Assembly (NCBI GenBank): GCA_963765535.1
Contig: CAVXWU010000017.1
Coordinates: forward strand, 160,199-224,198
DNA length: 64,000 nucleotides
Direction: 5' to 3'
Origin: an uncultured Verrucomicrobiae bacterium
GTDB taxonomy: Bacteria > Verrucomicrobiota > Verrucomicrobiia > Limisphaerales > JAHDYP01
Below the pieces are notes generated by a model. It searched no databases. It was not told the DNA's origin and saw only the letters and a list, made by a program, of their open reading frames with translations. The stretch's first letter is position 1, and each line of letters starts with the position of its first letter. Shown here in pieces: positions 28,883 through 37,807 of the stretch. The translations under genes and the position numbers were made by a program.

Positions 28883-30238
28883 CTAGGAAGTCGTGTTCCC
28901 GCTCAATTGGACCTCCGCGCCCGATCGATCTTCCACGGCGGGTTTTCTCCGAAACGAACAGCCCGTAATCGCGGCCGCCTTCAATCCCTTCTCCAGGATG
29001 ACGGGGCGCTTCCCTTCGTCCATGAACTCGCACGCGTTCACCAGCAACCGGCCTCCCGCCGAGCGCACACAGGGATCCCCGTCCCCCGCGTGATCCCATC
29101 CGGTGAAATGACAGGCGGACAACACCAGCGTGCTCGCGCCTTCATGGCGGACCTGCTCCCGGGTGGCGTCCGTTCCCCAAAAGCCGCAGTTGGTAAATTT
29201 GACCGGCCCCTGGTTGCGTGGTCCGATTTCGACGGTAGACATGAATTGGCCGTTCACAAATTGCGCGCCGGCGTGGCTCTGGGTGCGATCGACGCGCACC
29301 GCCACCGGACAGATGTCACTGCCCGATTGCGTGATCACCGCGTTACCCGGCCCATGGCCGAAGTCGTCAAAATGAAAGCCGATCCGCGGGAAGATCACGA
29401 AGCTGTTTGAAATAAACTCCCAATCCGTCTTGCCGATTTTGAAACCCACCAGGTTCCGCTCGAGGTAGGCCTTGATATCACCGCCCGCGAACCCGGGTTT
29501 CAACGCCATCCTCGTCCAGAAATTCGGATTGAAATGCACGTTTTCAATCCGTCCAATGTCGGTGCATTGATCGATGTAAACGCCGGTATTGAGGGGGCAG
29601 GCGAATACGTTGCGGACCAGGTGCAATTCGTTCCATCGAGTCCCGAGATCGATCGCCTGAAAGGGATTGGTGATGGTCAAGTCCAGCACCTGACACAACT
29701 CGCCGTCCACACGGATCGTCCAGGGATAGGGAACCACGTTGCTCAACACCTGGTCCGGGTAGTGAATCACCAGATTTCGAACCACCGCGTTCGGCTTAAG
29801 CGTGATGAGCGGTTCGCCTGCCGGTTCACCGCGACCGCCAACCGCCAGAAGAACCGTGCCGATCGGATGTTCGCTGTGCGGAACCCCGCCCGATGCGCCG
29901 AGCAATGTGACTCCGGGCGGCACCGTCAGGTTTTGGCCAATCCGGTAAAGACCCGGCGGTAGATAACAAACCGGGGTCGACATTCCGGCATTGTCCAAAG
30001 CAGCTTGAACGGCCTCTGAATCGTCGGTCTGACCGTCACCTTTGACGCCGTGGCTCCGGGCGTCCACGACCTGGCTCGAAGTGGAGGGCAACCGACCGGA
30101 TTCGGCGGCCTGCGTCCTGGCCCATCCGACACCCGCGAGACCCGCGCACCCGATTCCGAAGGCGGAGCGCTCGACGAAGGAACGGCGTGAAAACGATGAA
30201 GTGTTGTCTGCGCGGCTCGGTTCTGAATTGGCTGACAT
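28883..30238 (-). CDS. right-handed beta-helix / pectate-lyase-superfamily glycosidase, Tat-type signal
   Basis: The twin-arginine leader is SRRSFVERSAFGIGCAGLAGVGWA. ..VDARSHGVKGDGQTDDSEAVQAALDNAG.. is the characteristic opening of Pectate_lyase_3 / GH55-like beta-helix proteins. Confidence 0.6.
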   Translation of the reverse strand: MSANSEPSRADNTSSFSRRSFVERSAFGIGCAGLAGVGWARTQAAESGRLPSTSSQVVDARSHGVKGDGQTDDSEAVQAALDNAGMSTPVCYLPPGLYRIGQNLTVPPGVTLLGASGGVPHSEHPIGTVLLAVGGRGEPAGEPLITLKPNAVVRNLVIHYPDQVLSNVVPYPWTIRVDGELCQVLDLTITNPFQAIDLGTRWNELHLVRNVFACPLNTGVYIDQCTDIGRIENVHFNPNFWTRMALKPGFAGGDIKAYLERNLVGFKIGKTDWEFISNSFVIFPRIGFHFDDFGHGPGNAVITQSGSDICPVAVRVDRTQSHAGAQFVNGQFMSTVEIGPRNQGPVKFTNCGFWGTDATREQVRHEGASTLVLSACHFTGWDHAGDGDPCVRSAGGRLLVNACEFMDEGKRPVILEKGLKAAAITGCSFRRKPAVEDRSGAEVQLSGNTTS

Positions 30239-30331
30239 GGTGGGAGCCTACCGTGGCCGCCCCGATTTCCGCCATGATTTTGACTTCCAAAGATCGAGGA
30301 CCGGCGTAGCGTTCACAATCGCAGTACCAGC

Positions 30332-31168
30332 ATGAACACCCCTCGTCACCCTATGAATCATCCCTTTGATCCCGGTTGTTCCAAAGAGCCGTTCCGTACT
30401 CTGGCCCGCATGTATCCCGAGGCGGAAGCGTACCCACCCGGCCAATTCCGGATCGAGTGGGGGCCCATCTTCCACCGGGGACGACTGACCGGATCGGCGA
30501 GGGTCCTGGTCCTCGGCCAGGATCCGGCCCAGCACGAAACCATCGTGCGGCGAATCCTGGTGGGAGAGGCCGGGCGGCGGGTGCAGGGTTTCCTGGCCAA
30601 GCTGGGCGTCACCACCCGATACGTGATGATCAACACCTTTCTCTACAGTGTTTATGGGACGGTCAAGGCGGCGACCCGAAAGGGCGCCATCCTCGTGGGA
30701 TATCGCAACCAATGGATCGACGCGTTCCTGACAAAAGGAAAGATCGAGGCCGTCGTGTCGTTGGGAACTGCGGCCAATGAAGCGTGGCAGCTATGGAAAG
30801 GCACTCCCGTGGGCCAATCGATCGATGTCGCTTTTGCCGCCATCACCCATCCGACGCAGCCGGAGAGTTTCTCGAAAGGGGACAAGACCAAGCTCGCCCA
30901 GGCCACGAAAAAGCTGCTCAATAATTGGAATCTCGCATTGGAGATCCTGAGTCCTGCGATCCAACACCCGGATCATGCCGTCGCCATCACGCCTTATGGA
31001 GACTCCTGGACAGAGGGCGATCGTGTGCCGATACCCGAGCAGGATTTCCCTGCCGGCCTGCCCGCATGGATGCACGAAAACGACGGCTGGGCGACGCGCA
31101 AAGGCGCCAATACTCTCGCCAAACGACGCAACATCACCCTCACGGTCCCTAAAGGAGATGTTCCATGA
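30332..31168 (+). CDS. uracil-DNA glycosylase superfamily-fold protein (divergent)
   Basis: VLVLGQDPAQHETIVRRILVGEAGRRVQGFL aligns with the UDG family-4 motif A region G-E-A-P-G-x-x-E-D-x-x-G-x-P-F-V-G-x-A-G-x-L-L. INTFLY aligns with the N-x-V-K-C strand, and AAITHPTQP with the HPS motif B. The stop overlaps the next start (ATGA at 31165-31168). Confidence 0.5.
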   Translation: MNTPRHPMNHPFDPGCSKEPFRTLARMYPEAEAYPPGQFRIEWGPIFHRGRLTGSARVLVLGQDPAQHETIVRRILVGEAGRRVQGFLAKLGVTTRYVMINTFLYSVYGTVKAATRKGAILVGYRNQWIDAFLTKGKIEAVVSLGTAANEAWQLWKGTPVGQSIDVAFAAITHPTQPESFSKGDKTKLAQATKKLLNNWNLALEILSPAIQHPDHAVAITPYGDSWTEGDRVPIPEQDFPAGLPAWMHENDGWATRKGANTLAKRRNITLTVPKGDVP

Positions 31169-33114
31169 AAAACGATCGCACATGGTATCCCCTGACGGGC
31201 ACATTGAGCAGGCCCCGCAACTTGACCGCCGCCGCGAAGAAAAAGGAACCGATTGACCCGCTCGCCGGACCGAAGCTCGCGCTGGCCGGCCGAGTGGTGA
31301 CGATGAACGCGGTACGCGCGATTCAATCGAAAGGAATCGTGTATGTGGAGAATGGTGTGATCGTCGCCGTCCAGGACGAGGAACAATCGGCGCCGGCGGG
31401 ATTTGCGGGCGTGTCGGTGGTGGAGACGGGAGGCACGATCATTCCCGGGTTGATCGAGCTTCACAATCATCTCAGTTACAATGCCCTGCCCCTTTGGGCG
31501 CCCGTGCCGAAGCGTTTCACGCATCGTGGCCAGTGGCCCAACCACAAGGATTACCGTCCTCTGGTCAGCGGACCCATGACCGTTGTCGGCAAGTACAAGG
31601 ACTCGAAGGGCCATTACCCGCTCTTGCCCGCGCTGGTTCGGTACGTCGAGTGCAAGTGCCTGCTCGGGGGAGTCACCACCAGCCAGGGCATCAGGCTGGC
31701 CAGCAACGCTGGAATCCAGCGATTTTATCGCGGCATCGTCCGCAATGTCGAGCAGACCTATGATCTCGAATTGCCGGCCGCCCAGGGTCGGATCCCGGAC
31801 CTCGAGGCAAAAGACGCGAATAGCTTCCTGACCCGCCTGATGAAAGAGGACAGTTGCTTTCTGCTGCACCTCAGCGAAGGCATAACAGACCCCGCACATC
31901 CGCTCTCCATCGCCCGCAAACATTTCCTGGCACTTGAGGTGGCTCCCGACCAGTGGGCACTGAACAAAGTCTTTGCCGGCATCCACGCGGCCGGTCTGTT
32001 GCCGCCGGACTTCGATGTGCTCGCGCAATACGGAAGCTCGATCGTCTGGTCGCCTCTGAGCAATCTGCTGTTGTACGGCGGTACCGCGCGCGTGGAGGAC
32101 GCCAAAAAGGCCGGAGTCACCATCGGTCTGGGCAGCGATTGGTCGCCCACAGGCAGCAAGAACCTACTCGGCGAACTCAAGGTCGCCTGGCTCCACAGCC
32201 AGCACGCCCTCGATGGCCTGTTCACCGCCTGCGATATCCTGGCCATGGCCACCTGCAACGCCGCCCGGATCCTCAAATGGGACAAGGCCCTTGGAACCAT
32301 CGAACGCGGCAAACGCGCCGACCTCATCGTGATCGGCGGGGCGACCTCCGATCCCTACGACACCGTGATCCAGGCAGATGAAACGGATCTCCAATTGGTG
32401 ATGATCAACGGCATCGCCCGTTATGGTGTGCCCAGCCTGATGAACTCTCTTTCTCCCGGCAGCACGAGCGTCAAGATAGGTGGACAATCCCGACGTCTCT
32501 TCCTGAAACAGGAAACCGCCGATCCGGATGTGGCTCACGTGTCGCTTAGCCACGCCACCACCACCCTCCGTAATGCCTTCAAAGATATCGCCAAACTCGC
32601 GAAGGAGACGGAGAAAGCAAAACCCTCCAGCGCGACCGGACGGTTGCTCGACGCAGCCCCTGAACCGGTCTGGTCACTTGCCCTGGATGAGATCTGCTTT
32701 TGCGGCGTCGAACTTAGTCCGCGCCTGCCATTCGCCGGTCCCCGCGACTTCACGGGTCCCGAGCGCGCCCCGAAGATCCTGGCCAAGCCTTCCCCGCCTC
32801 TCTCCGAAATCCTCGAGCCAATCCGGTTGGATCCGCTAACCGTGGTGGATGATGCCGCATTCCTGGATCGGATCGCCCAACAACCCAATGTTCCGGAACC
32901 GGTCCGAAACGGCCTGGCGGAGCTGTACCTGAAGAATCGAATCCGCGTCCTTCCCATCTGCTCGCTCCTTCGCGCTGGTCTCTTCTTCGGCTCAATTCTA
33001 CCTGGAACCGGGCGCGGTTTCAGGGTCGTTGCAGGTGCGCGGCAATGTCCCGTGCCGCCTTGGTCTCGAGGCCGGGCTTCTGGAGAAAACCTAGATCGCG
33101 GAACCAATCGATGA
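31165..33114 (+). CDS. amidohydrolase-superfamily protein with about 200-aa C-terminal extension
   Basis: GGTIIPGLIELHNHLSYN is the metal-binding HxH strand 1 of amidohydrolases and aminohydrolases. Later blocks include ..LLHLSEG.. and ..GLGSDWSPTGS... The last 95 nt overlap the convergent esterase gene and read as R/G-rich low-quality sequence, so the true 3' end is uncertain. Confidence 0.65.
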   Translation: MKNDRTWYPLTGTLSRPRNLTAAAKKKEPIDPLAGPKLALAGRVVTMNAVRAIQSKGIVYVENGVIVAVQDEEQSAPAGFAGVSVVETGGTIIPGLIELHNHLSYNALPLWAPVPKRFTHRGQWPNHKDYRPLVSGPMTVVGKYKDSKGHYPLLPALVRYVECKCLLGGVTTSQGIRLASNAGIQRFYRGIVRNVEQTYDLELPAAQGRIPDLEAKDANSFLTRLMKEDSCFLLHLSEGITDPAHPLSIARKHFLALEVAPDQWALNKVFAGIHAAGLLPPDFDVLAQYGSSIVWSPLSNLLLYGGTARVEDAKKAGVTIGLGSDWSPTGSKNLLGELKVAWLHSQHALDGLFTACDILAMATCNAARILKWDKALGTIERGKRADLIVIGGATSDPYDTVIQADETDLQLVMINGIARYGVPSLMNSLSPGSTSVKIGGQSRRLFLKQETADPDVAHVSLSHATTTLRNAFKDIAKLAKETEKAKPSSATGRLLDAAPEPVWSLALDEICFCGVELSPRLPFAGPRDFTGPERAPKILAKPSPPLSEILEPIRLDPLTVVDDAAFLDRIAQQPNVPEPVRNGLAELYLKNRIRVLPICSLLRAGLFFGSILPGTGRGFRVVAGARQCPVPPWSRGRASGENLDRGTNR

Positions 33115-34150
33115 ATCGCTCCTGCCAGGTCCCAAATGGGATGCCAGCCCGGTCCCCAAGTCCGCCGCCCATCCGGCTGCCATCGCTCAACCGGTCACCC
33201 GGATGCCGCCCGTTTCCGTAAAGGTGGATTTCGAGATTTGGAATCGACGCCTCGAGCATCGCCGCGAAGTATTGATTCGCCCAGATGGCATGAACCCGAT
33301 CGCCGGTGCTGGCTCCGACGATGAATGTCGGAGGCGCGTTGCGTGGAATCGGCGGGTTCGCCCCGTGGTCGAACGGCGTGGGGCCCGGATACACCAGCCC
33401 AACGAAATCCGGACGTGAGGAGATCCCGGCCAGGGGATCGCTGGGGTCCGTCTGGTGATCGAATTCCTCGAAGTCGATCGCAGCCGGTGCGGCCAATTCG
33501 GCGCCGGCCGAGAACCCCATGATCCCGATCTTGTGCGGATCGAGCCCCCAAGCCGTCGCGTGGGCCCGTACCAGTCGGATGGATTGCAAAGCGTCATGGA
33601 CGGCATCGGTTTGGACGTTGTAACCGTCACGACGCAGTCGGTAACGAAGGATAATGGTGTTGACGCCGTAGTTGTAGAAGTAAGGCACAAAGTCGGCGCC
33701 TTCCGTCCCCACGTTCAGCGTCTTATGTCCGCCGCCCGCGGCCAGGATAACGGCTGCGCCGGTGTTCATTCCCCCTTCGACGGTGTGCACCTCAATCGAT
33801 GGGTTGTGGATATTGACGATGCTGTTGATCCGCCCCGGCGCCGCCGAACTCAGATGATACTCCTCCGCCTCACGAACCCGCTCCGCATTCAGATGGGGTG
33901 AGTTCGGCGGATACAGCGGCAGAATCACGCCGCCCGGCAGGATCGGTTGCGGCGCATACGGCGCTTCATTTGCAAGGCCGGGCGCGGGAACTCCCAAGGG
34001 CGGCGGTTCGGGCGGCGATGTTGCGGCTGTCACGGCCGCGCCCCATATCGCAGGCAGGATGGCCGTCAACATCATCCCTTGCATGCGAGCCCGCGAACGC
34101 CGGATCCGCAGGGTCGCGCCGGCACCCTGTTCTTCCCTTGTCGTTATCAT
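33020..34150 (-). CDS. secreted alpha/beta-hydrolase (esterase/lipase)
   Basis: Leader ..RIRRSRARMQGMMLTAILPAIWGAAVTAA. Nucleophile elbow GFSAGAE (GxSxG). The start overlaps the stop of the upstream lipase-CHAT gene by 4 nt (34147-34150). Confidence 0.7.
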   Translation of the reverse strand: MITTREEQGAGATLRIRRSRARMQGMMLTAILPAIWGAAVTAATSPPEPPPLGVPAPGLANEAPYAPQPILPGGVILPLYPPNSPHLNAERVREAEEYHLSSAAPGRINSIVNIHNPSIEVHTVEGGMNTGAAVILAAGGGHKTLNVGTEGADFVPYFYNYGVNTIILRYRLRRDGYNVQTDAVHDALQSIRLVRAHATAWGLDPHKIGIMGFSAGAELAAPAAIDFEEFDHQTDPSDPLAGISSRPDFVGLVYPGPTPFDHGANPPIPRNAPPTFIVGASTGDRVHAIWANQYFAAMLEASIPNLEIHLYGNGRHPGDRLSDGSRMGGGLGDRAGIPFGTWQERFIDWFRDLGFLQKPGLETKAARDIAAHLQRP

Positions 34151-37100
34151 CTTTCTTTGAGTTGAAAATCGGCGCTCCCGTATAAAACGTAATCGGCCCA
34201 GTCCGCCGATCCCAGCGCCTCGACCTTCTGCCGGCCCTGGAGCAAGGCCTCGCCGAGCGAAGTGCCGTTGATCACCTTGGTGTAAAACTCCTCCGCGAAG
34301 GTCATCGCGGCGTCATCATTCACCGGCCAGTATGTGCCAATGTAATTGGCAACGCCGCCACGCAAATAGGCCTCAGCCAGGCCAATGTTCTCCTCAATCC
34401 GTTTCCGCACCGGCTTGTCCGGTTTGGCCTTGCGCGTCCTGCCGCTCTCGCACGCGTTAAAGAACACGAGATTGGGAAGTCTGGCGAGTGAAACCAATTC
34501 GGCCCCGCTCAGGACCTGGTCGCCGGCGCAAATGATCCCACTGCGCAAGGGTTTCGCCGGGTCGAAGAACGCATGTCCGGCGTAATGGAGCACATCAAAA
34601 TCGCCGGAAGAAAAATCCTTTAAAAGTCCGGGTTTGGTGGCTTGGGCTTGAAACCGGCGCACGAGCTCGAATCCCGGGCGCGTTGAGAACAATTTACTGA
34701 TGCGTTCCCCTTCCCGCACCGCGCCATCAAGGTTGCCGGACGGATCGACGACCAGGAGAATCTTCAGCACCGGGTTCTTCTTCCTTTGCTCGAGCATTTT
34801 TGCCACCGACAGGTTCTCCGCAGCGTAGCGACGGCTCAACCCGCCGGTCAGCGCCGGAACCCACTGCTCGATGCGCATGGTCTCCCAGGGAATCCGCGAA
34901 GCCGCGGCATCGTGCACGATCACCAGGTGCTTGTCGCGCATCGCCTCGAGCACGGTCAGAATGTTGCCCCCCAGGACCAGGTCGCTCAATTCTGCCCCGA
35001 ACTCGGCGATCGAACGTTCGAAGTCCGCGCGTTCTATCCGGGCCAGGATCGTGTTGAGGGCCGCGTTGTTGACCAGCTTTCTTTCCGTCACCACAGCCGC
35101 TTTGGAACCGGATGTCAGAAGCGAAGCTTGAAACTCCGAACTGCCGTCCGCCGAGTCTTCCTGCCGGACCAACAGATAAGCGGGCGCGGCCGAGATCGCG
35201 GCCAGCCCGCGGGCCTGCGCTGCCAGGACCGGCGCGATCGGCAATTCTTCTTCTTCGAAACTGACTTCAATGGCGTCGAACAGCTCCGTGCTCGCCAGCC
35301 GGTAAAGCTGCTCGCGAATCTCACTAAAGCGTACCGAGTCCGTCTCGCAAAGGGTCACTCGCCTGAAGTTATGCCCTTTGTCGGCATCCAGAAGCCCGCG
35401 GACGAATCCCGCCAGCATGTGGCGAAGCGAAACGCCGATGTCTTTGCCCGACGCTCCTCCCATAACGACCGTGGCAAAATCATCCACTCCACTCCGGATC
35501 AGCGTCCGGATGACATTCTCCGCCACCAGTTCGAGAACATCCTGGGTGAAGCGATCGAATGTCCCCAAACCGGCGAGCAATATGTGGTCGGGGATCAAGG
35601 CGTGAAAACCCGTTGGGACGATAAACACCTCCCCGACGTCACCGCCAAACATGCGCCGCCGGCTGAAATCCGCAATGGCGCCATCCACGCGGAGATCGAT
35701 GGCCTGGGCCGCCCCGGTGGGCGTGACATCCCGAAAGACTCCTAAAACGTAAGCCTTGCTGTTTGCCTCCGTGATGCTGCCGCGCGCTAATCGCAAGTCT
35801 AATCGCCGTTGCAGCCGTCGGCCAACAACCACTCCTTTGACCGAAACAACCGGGCTCGAAACCGCCGGCGTGGGCTCGTCTTTCGAGGCCGGCGCGGCAA
35901 CCTCTTCCAGGAGTTCGCGCACCGCCTGGTCGCTCACCGCGACCCCTTTGGCGGCTACCGCCGCATCCGGCACCGCGCTTCGCACGGTCGCTTCATCGAT
36001 AACACGCGGCGCGGCCCGCTGCGGCAACCATTGCTGCGGCAGTGCGTCGGTCTTCCCGAGCGAAAGCAGGTCCTTAACCGCCGTGATGACCTTTGAATGG
36101 TTGGGGAGACTGCCGTGTGATTCTTCGACATAATACGTGGGCACGTTCGGAAGCTGCGCGAACGCGAGCGGCACCGTGCCGTCACCATCCTTGCTTAACG
36201 AAAACGTGAACTCGGTTCCGTCAAAATGCGCGTCGGTAACCGTGTCCTGGTTGATCCCCGCAATCAAAAGGAAACGTTCGTCCGGAGCCGCCAGATAACC
36301 TTGCGCTTTCCGCCCCGCATCCAACAGGGCTTGACGCGGTGTCGGCCCGCTCTTGGGCCAGGATTCGACATCGAACACGTCAAACGAGGAAAACTTCTCC
36401 GTCGCCGGCAACATCTGGTGCAGCCCGGGAAAAGTGCTGAATACTTTCTGCGCGAGTTCTTCGGGCGAATGCGCCAGGTCGAGCAGCGCGATCTTTCGGA
36501 TGATCGGGTAAATCGCGCGCAATGCCTGGATGGGAACAAACGAACCGTAGTTGGGTGTCCCCAGCATGATCAGTCGTTTGACTTTCTGCCCCACGGACTT
36601 CAGTGCCACCCGGGAAACCAACCCGCCCATGCTGTGGGCCACCAGCGAAACCTCCTTGGCCGGCTCATCGGCGATGCGCTTCGCAAGTTCCAATCCCAGC
36701 CCGTCGATGCTCTGTCTCCAATCGAACGGGTGAAAAGCCGCGTCATAACCCGCGAGTTTGAGGGCCAGCTTCATTTTGAGGTAACTGAACAAAATGACGC
36801 CAAGCGCCTTGTGCCGGACCGGACCCGGAATCAGCGACAGGCTCAGGAGTTGTCCGGCCGCAATATCGATCGGATCGACCCAGATGACGTCATCGAAGAA
36901 GAAGGCGCGTTCCGAGCCGAGCGTGGAGCCCATGATTCCCGGCAGGATCAGCACGCGAGGTCCACCCCGCACAGAACGCGCGCTGGCATCGCGGGCGAGC
37001 GCCTTTAACTGTTCATACTCGCGCTCGCCAAAATAACGCTTCAGTAAGTCGGAATACTGCCCCGTCACCAAAGCATTCTCGATTTCTTCCGGCTGCATCT

Positions 37101-37248
37101 TGAACGGAGCGGACGGATGATTCGCCACGGCGTGCATCGTATGGACGCGGGTCTCCGCGACGGATTGCGTTGATGACCTCTCCTTCTTGCGCGCGCTGGC
37201 TTTTTTGTTATTGGCTTTGTTCTTCATAGGTGGCGTGTGCTTTCTCAC
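34147..37248 (-). CDS. three-module fusion: LCAT/PGAP1-like lipase + macro-like (M17-N-like) domain + CHAT protease
   Basis: Lipase module (about aa 95-395): ILPGIMGS, AHSMGG (Ser206), GTPNYGS, DGDGTVP (Asp), ESHGS (His378). Middle module (about aa 485-650): KAYVLGVF..AIDLRVDGAIADF..FGGDVGEVFIVP..ILLAGLG resembles the macro-like N-domain of M17 aminopeptidases. CHAT module (about aa 690-1025): DVLHYAGHA (His892) and LVFFNACESG (Cys933). The N-terminus is basic and non-hydrophobic (MKNKANNKKASARKKER), so there is no signal peptide. Confidence 0.8.
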   Translation of the reverse strand: MRKHTPPMKNKANNKKASARKKERSSTQSVAETRVHTMHAVANHPSAPFKMQPEEIENALVTGQYSDLLKRYFGEREYEQLKALARDASARSVRGGPRVLILPGIMGSTLGSERAFFFDDVIWVDPIDIAAGQLLSLSLIPGPVRHKALGVILFSYLKMKLALKLAGYDAAFHPFDWRQSIDGLGLELAKRIADEPAKEVSLVAHSMGGLVSRVALKSVGQKVKRLIMLGTPNYGSFVPIQALRAIYPIIRKIALLDLAHSPEELAQKVFSTFPGLHQMLPATEKFSSFDVFDVESWPKSGPTPRQALLDAGRKAQGYLAAPDERFLLIAGINQDTVTDAHFDGTEFTFSLSKDGDGTVPLAFAQLPNVPTYYVEESHGSLPNHSKVITAVKDLLSLGKTDALPQQWLPQRAAPRVIDEATVRSAVPDAAVAAKGVAVSDQAVRELLEEVAAPASKDEPTPAVSSPVVSVKGVVVGRRLQRRLDLRLARGSITEANSKAYVLGVFRDVTPTGAAQAIDLRVDGAIADFSRRRMFGGDVGEVFIVPTGFHALIPDHILLAGLGTFDRFTQDVLELVAENVIRTLIRSGVDDFATVVMGGASGKDIGVSLRHMLAGFVRGLLDADKGHNFRRVTLCETDSVRFSEIREQLYRLASTELFDAIEVSFEEEELPIAPVLAAQARGLAAISAAPAYLLVRQEDSADGSSEFQASLLTSGSKAAVVTERKLVNNAALNTILARIERADFERSIAEFGAELSDLVLGGNILTVLEAMRDKHLVIVHDAAASRIPWETMRIEQWVPALTGGLSRRYAAENLSVAKMLEQRKKNPVLKILLVVDPSGNLDGAVREGERISKLFSTRPGFELVRRFQAQATKPGLLKDFSSGDFDVLHYAGHAFFDPAKPLRSGIICAGDQVLSGAELVSLARLPNLVFFNACESGRTRKAKPDKPVRKRIEENIGLAEAYLRGGVANYIGTYWPVNDDAAMTFAEEFYTKVINGTSLGEALLQGRQKVEALGSADWADYVLYGSADFQLKER

Positions 37249-37751
37249 TTCCGGATGAATCTGGCGCCAGGATGATCAAAATATTGGTTTTCGCCGCCGC
37301 CTGTGCCGACCACGACAGACCCAGCAGACCGGCGAACAGTATTCGGAGAAGATATGGCATCTAACCCAGTCTGGCTCGCTGAGCTCCAACCCGGCAACGG
37401 GGCGGAATTAATCCCGAAAACCAAAAGCCTCGATCCATGGCTCCGGGAAGTTCAGTTCTTGACCCGCCCGCGATAACATTGCGCGATTAGGGATTGTAAG
37501 GCGTGGCATGAACCGGGGCAAGTTTGGAGATGGTCAACGGTGGGTTGGGTGCGGACTCCATCGCCGATCCTTTGCCAGGCCTGACCCGCCTATTTCATGC
37601 ATGTTCGCTCAATGAGTTGCCGTTGGAACGGAGAGTGAAATGAATATGCGGGCTAAAACGTCGTCACCGAAACCCACACGTCCCGTGCCATGGAACCCGG
37701 CGTGGAGCTGTCGGGGACGGTCACTCCGCCATGCCCAGGACCGAGGAACGT

Positions 37752-37781
37752 TTGACAAGCGGAGCATTGCTAACCTAATCT
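37752..37781 (+). promoter_or_regulatory. possible sigma70-type promoter for the SGNH gene
   Basis: Perfect TTGACA at 37752-37757, and 18 nt later TAATCT (37776-37781), about 27 nt upstream of the ATG at 37808. The -10 element is weak. Confidence 0.25.
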
Positions 37782-37807
37782 AATGGTCTAATGTTGATAA
37801 TTAGAGC

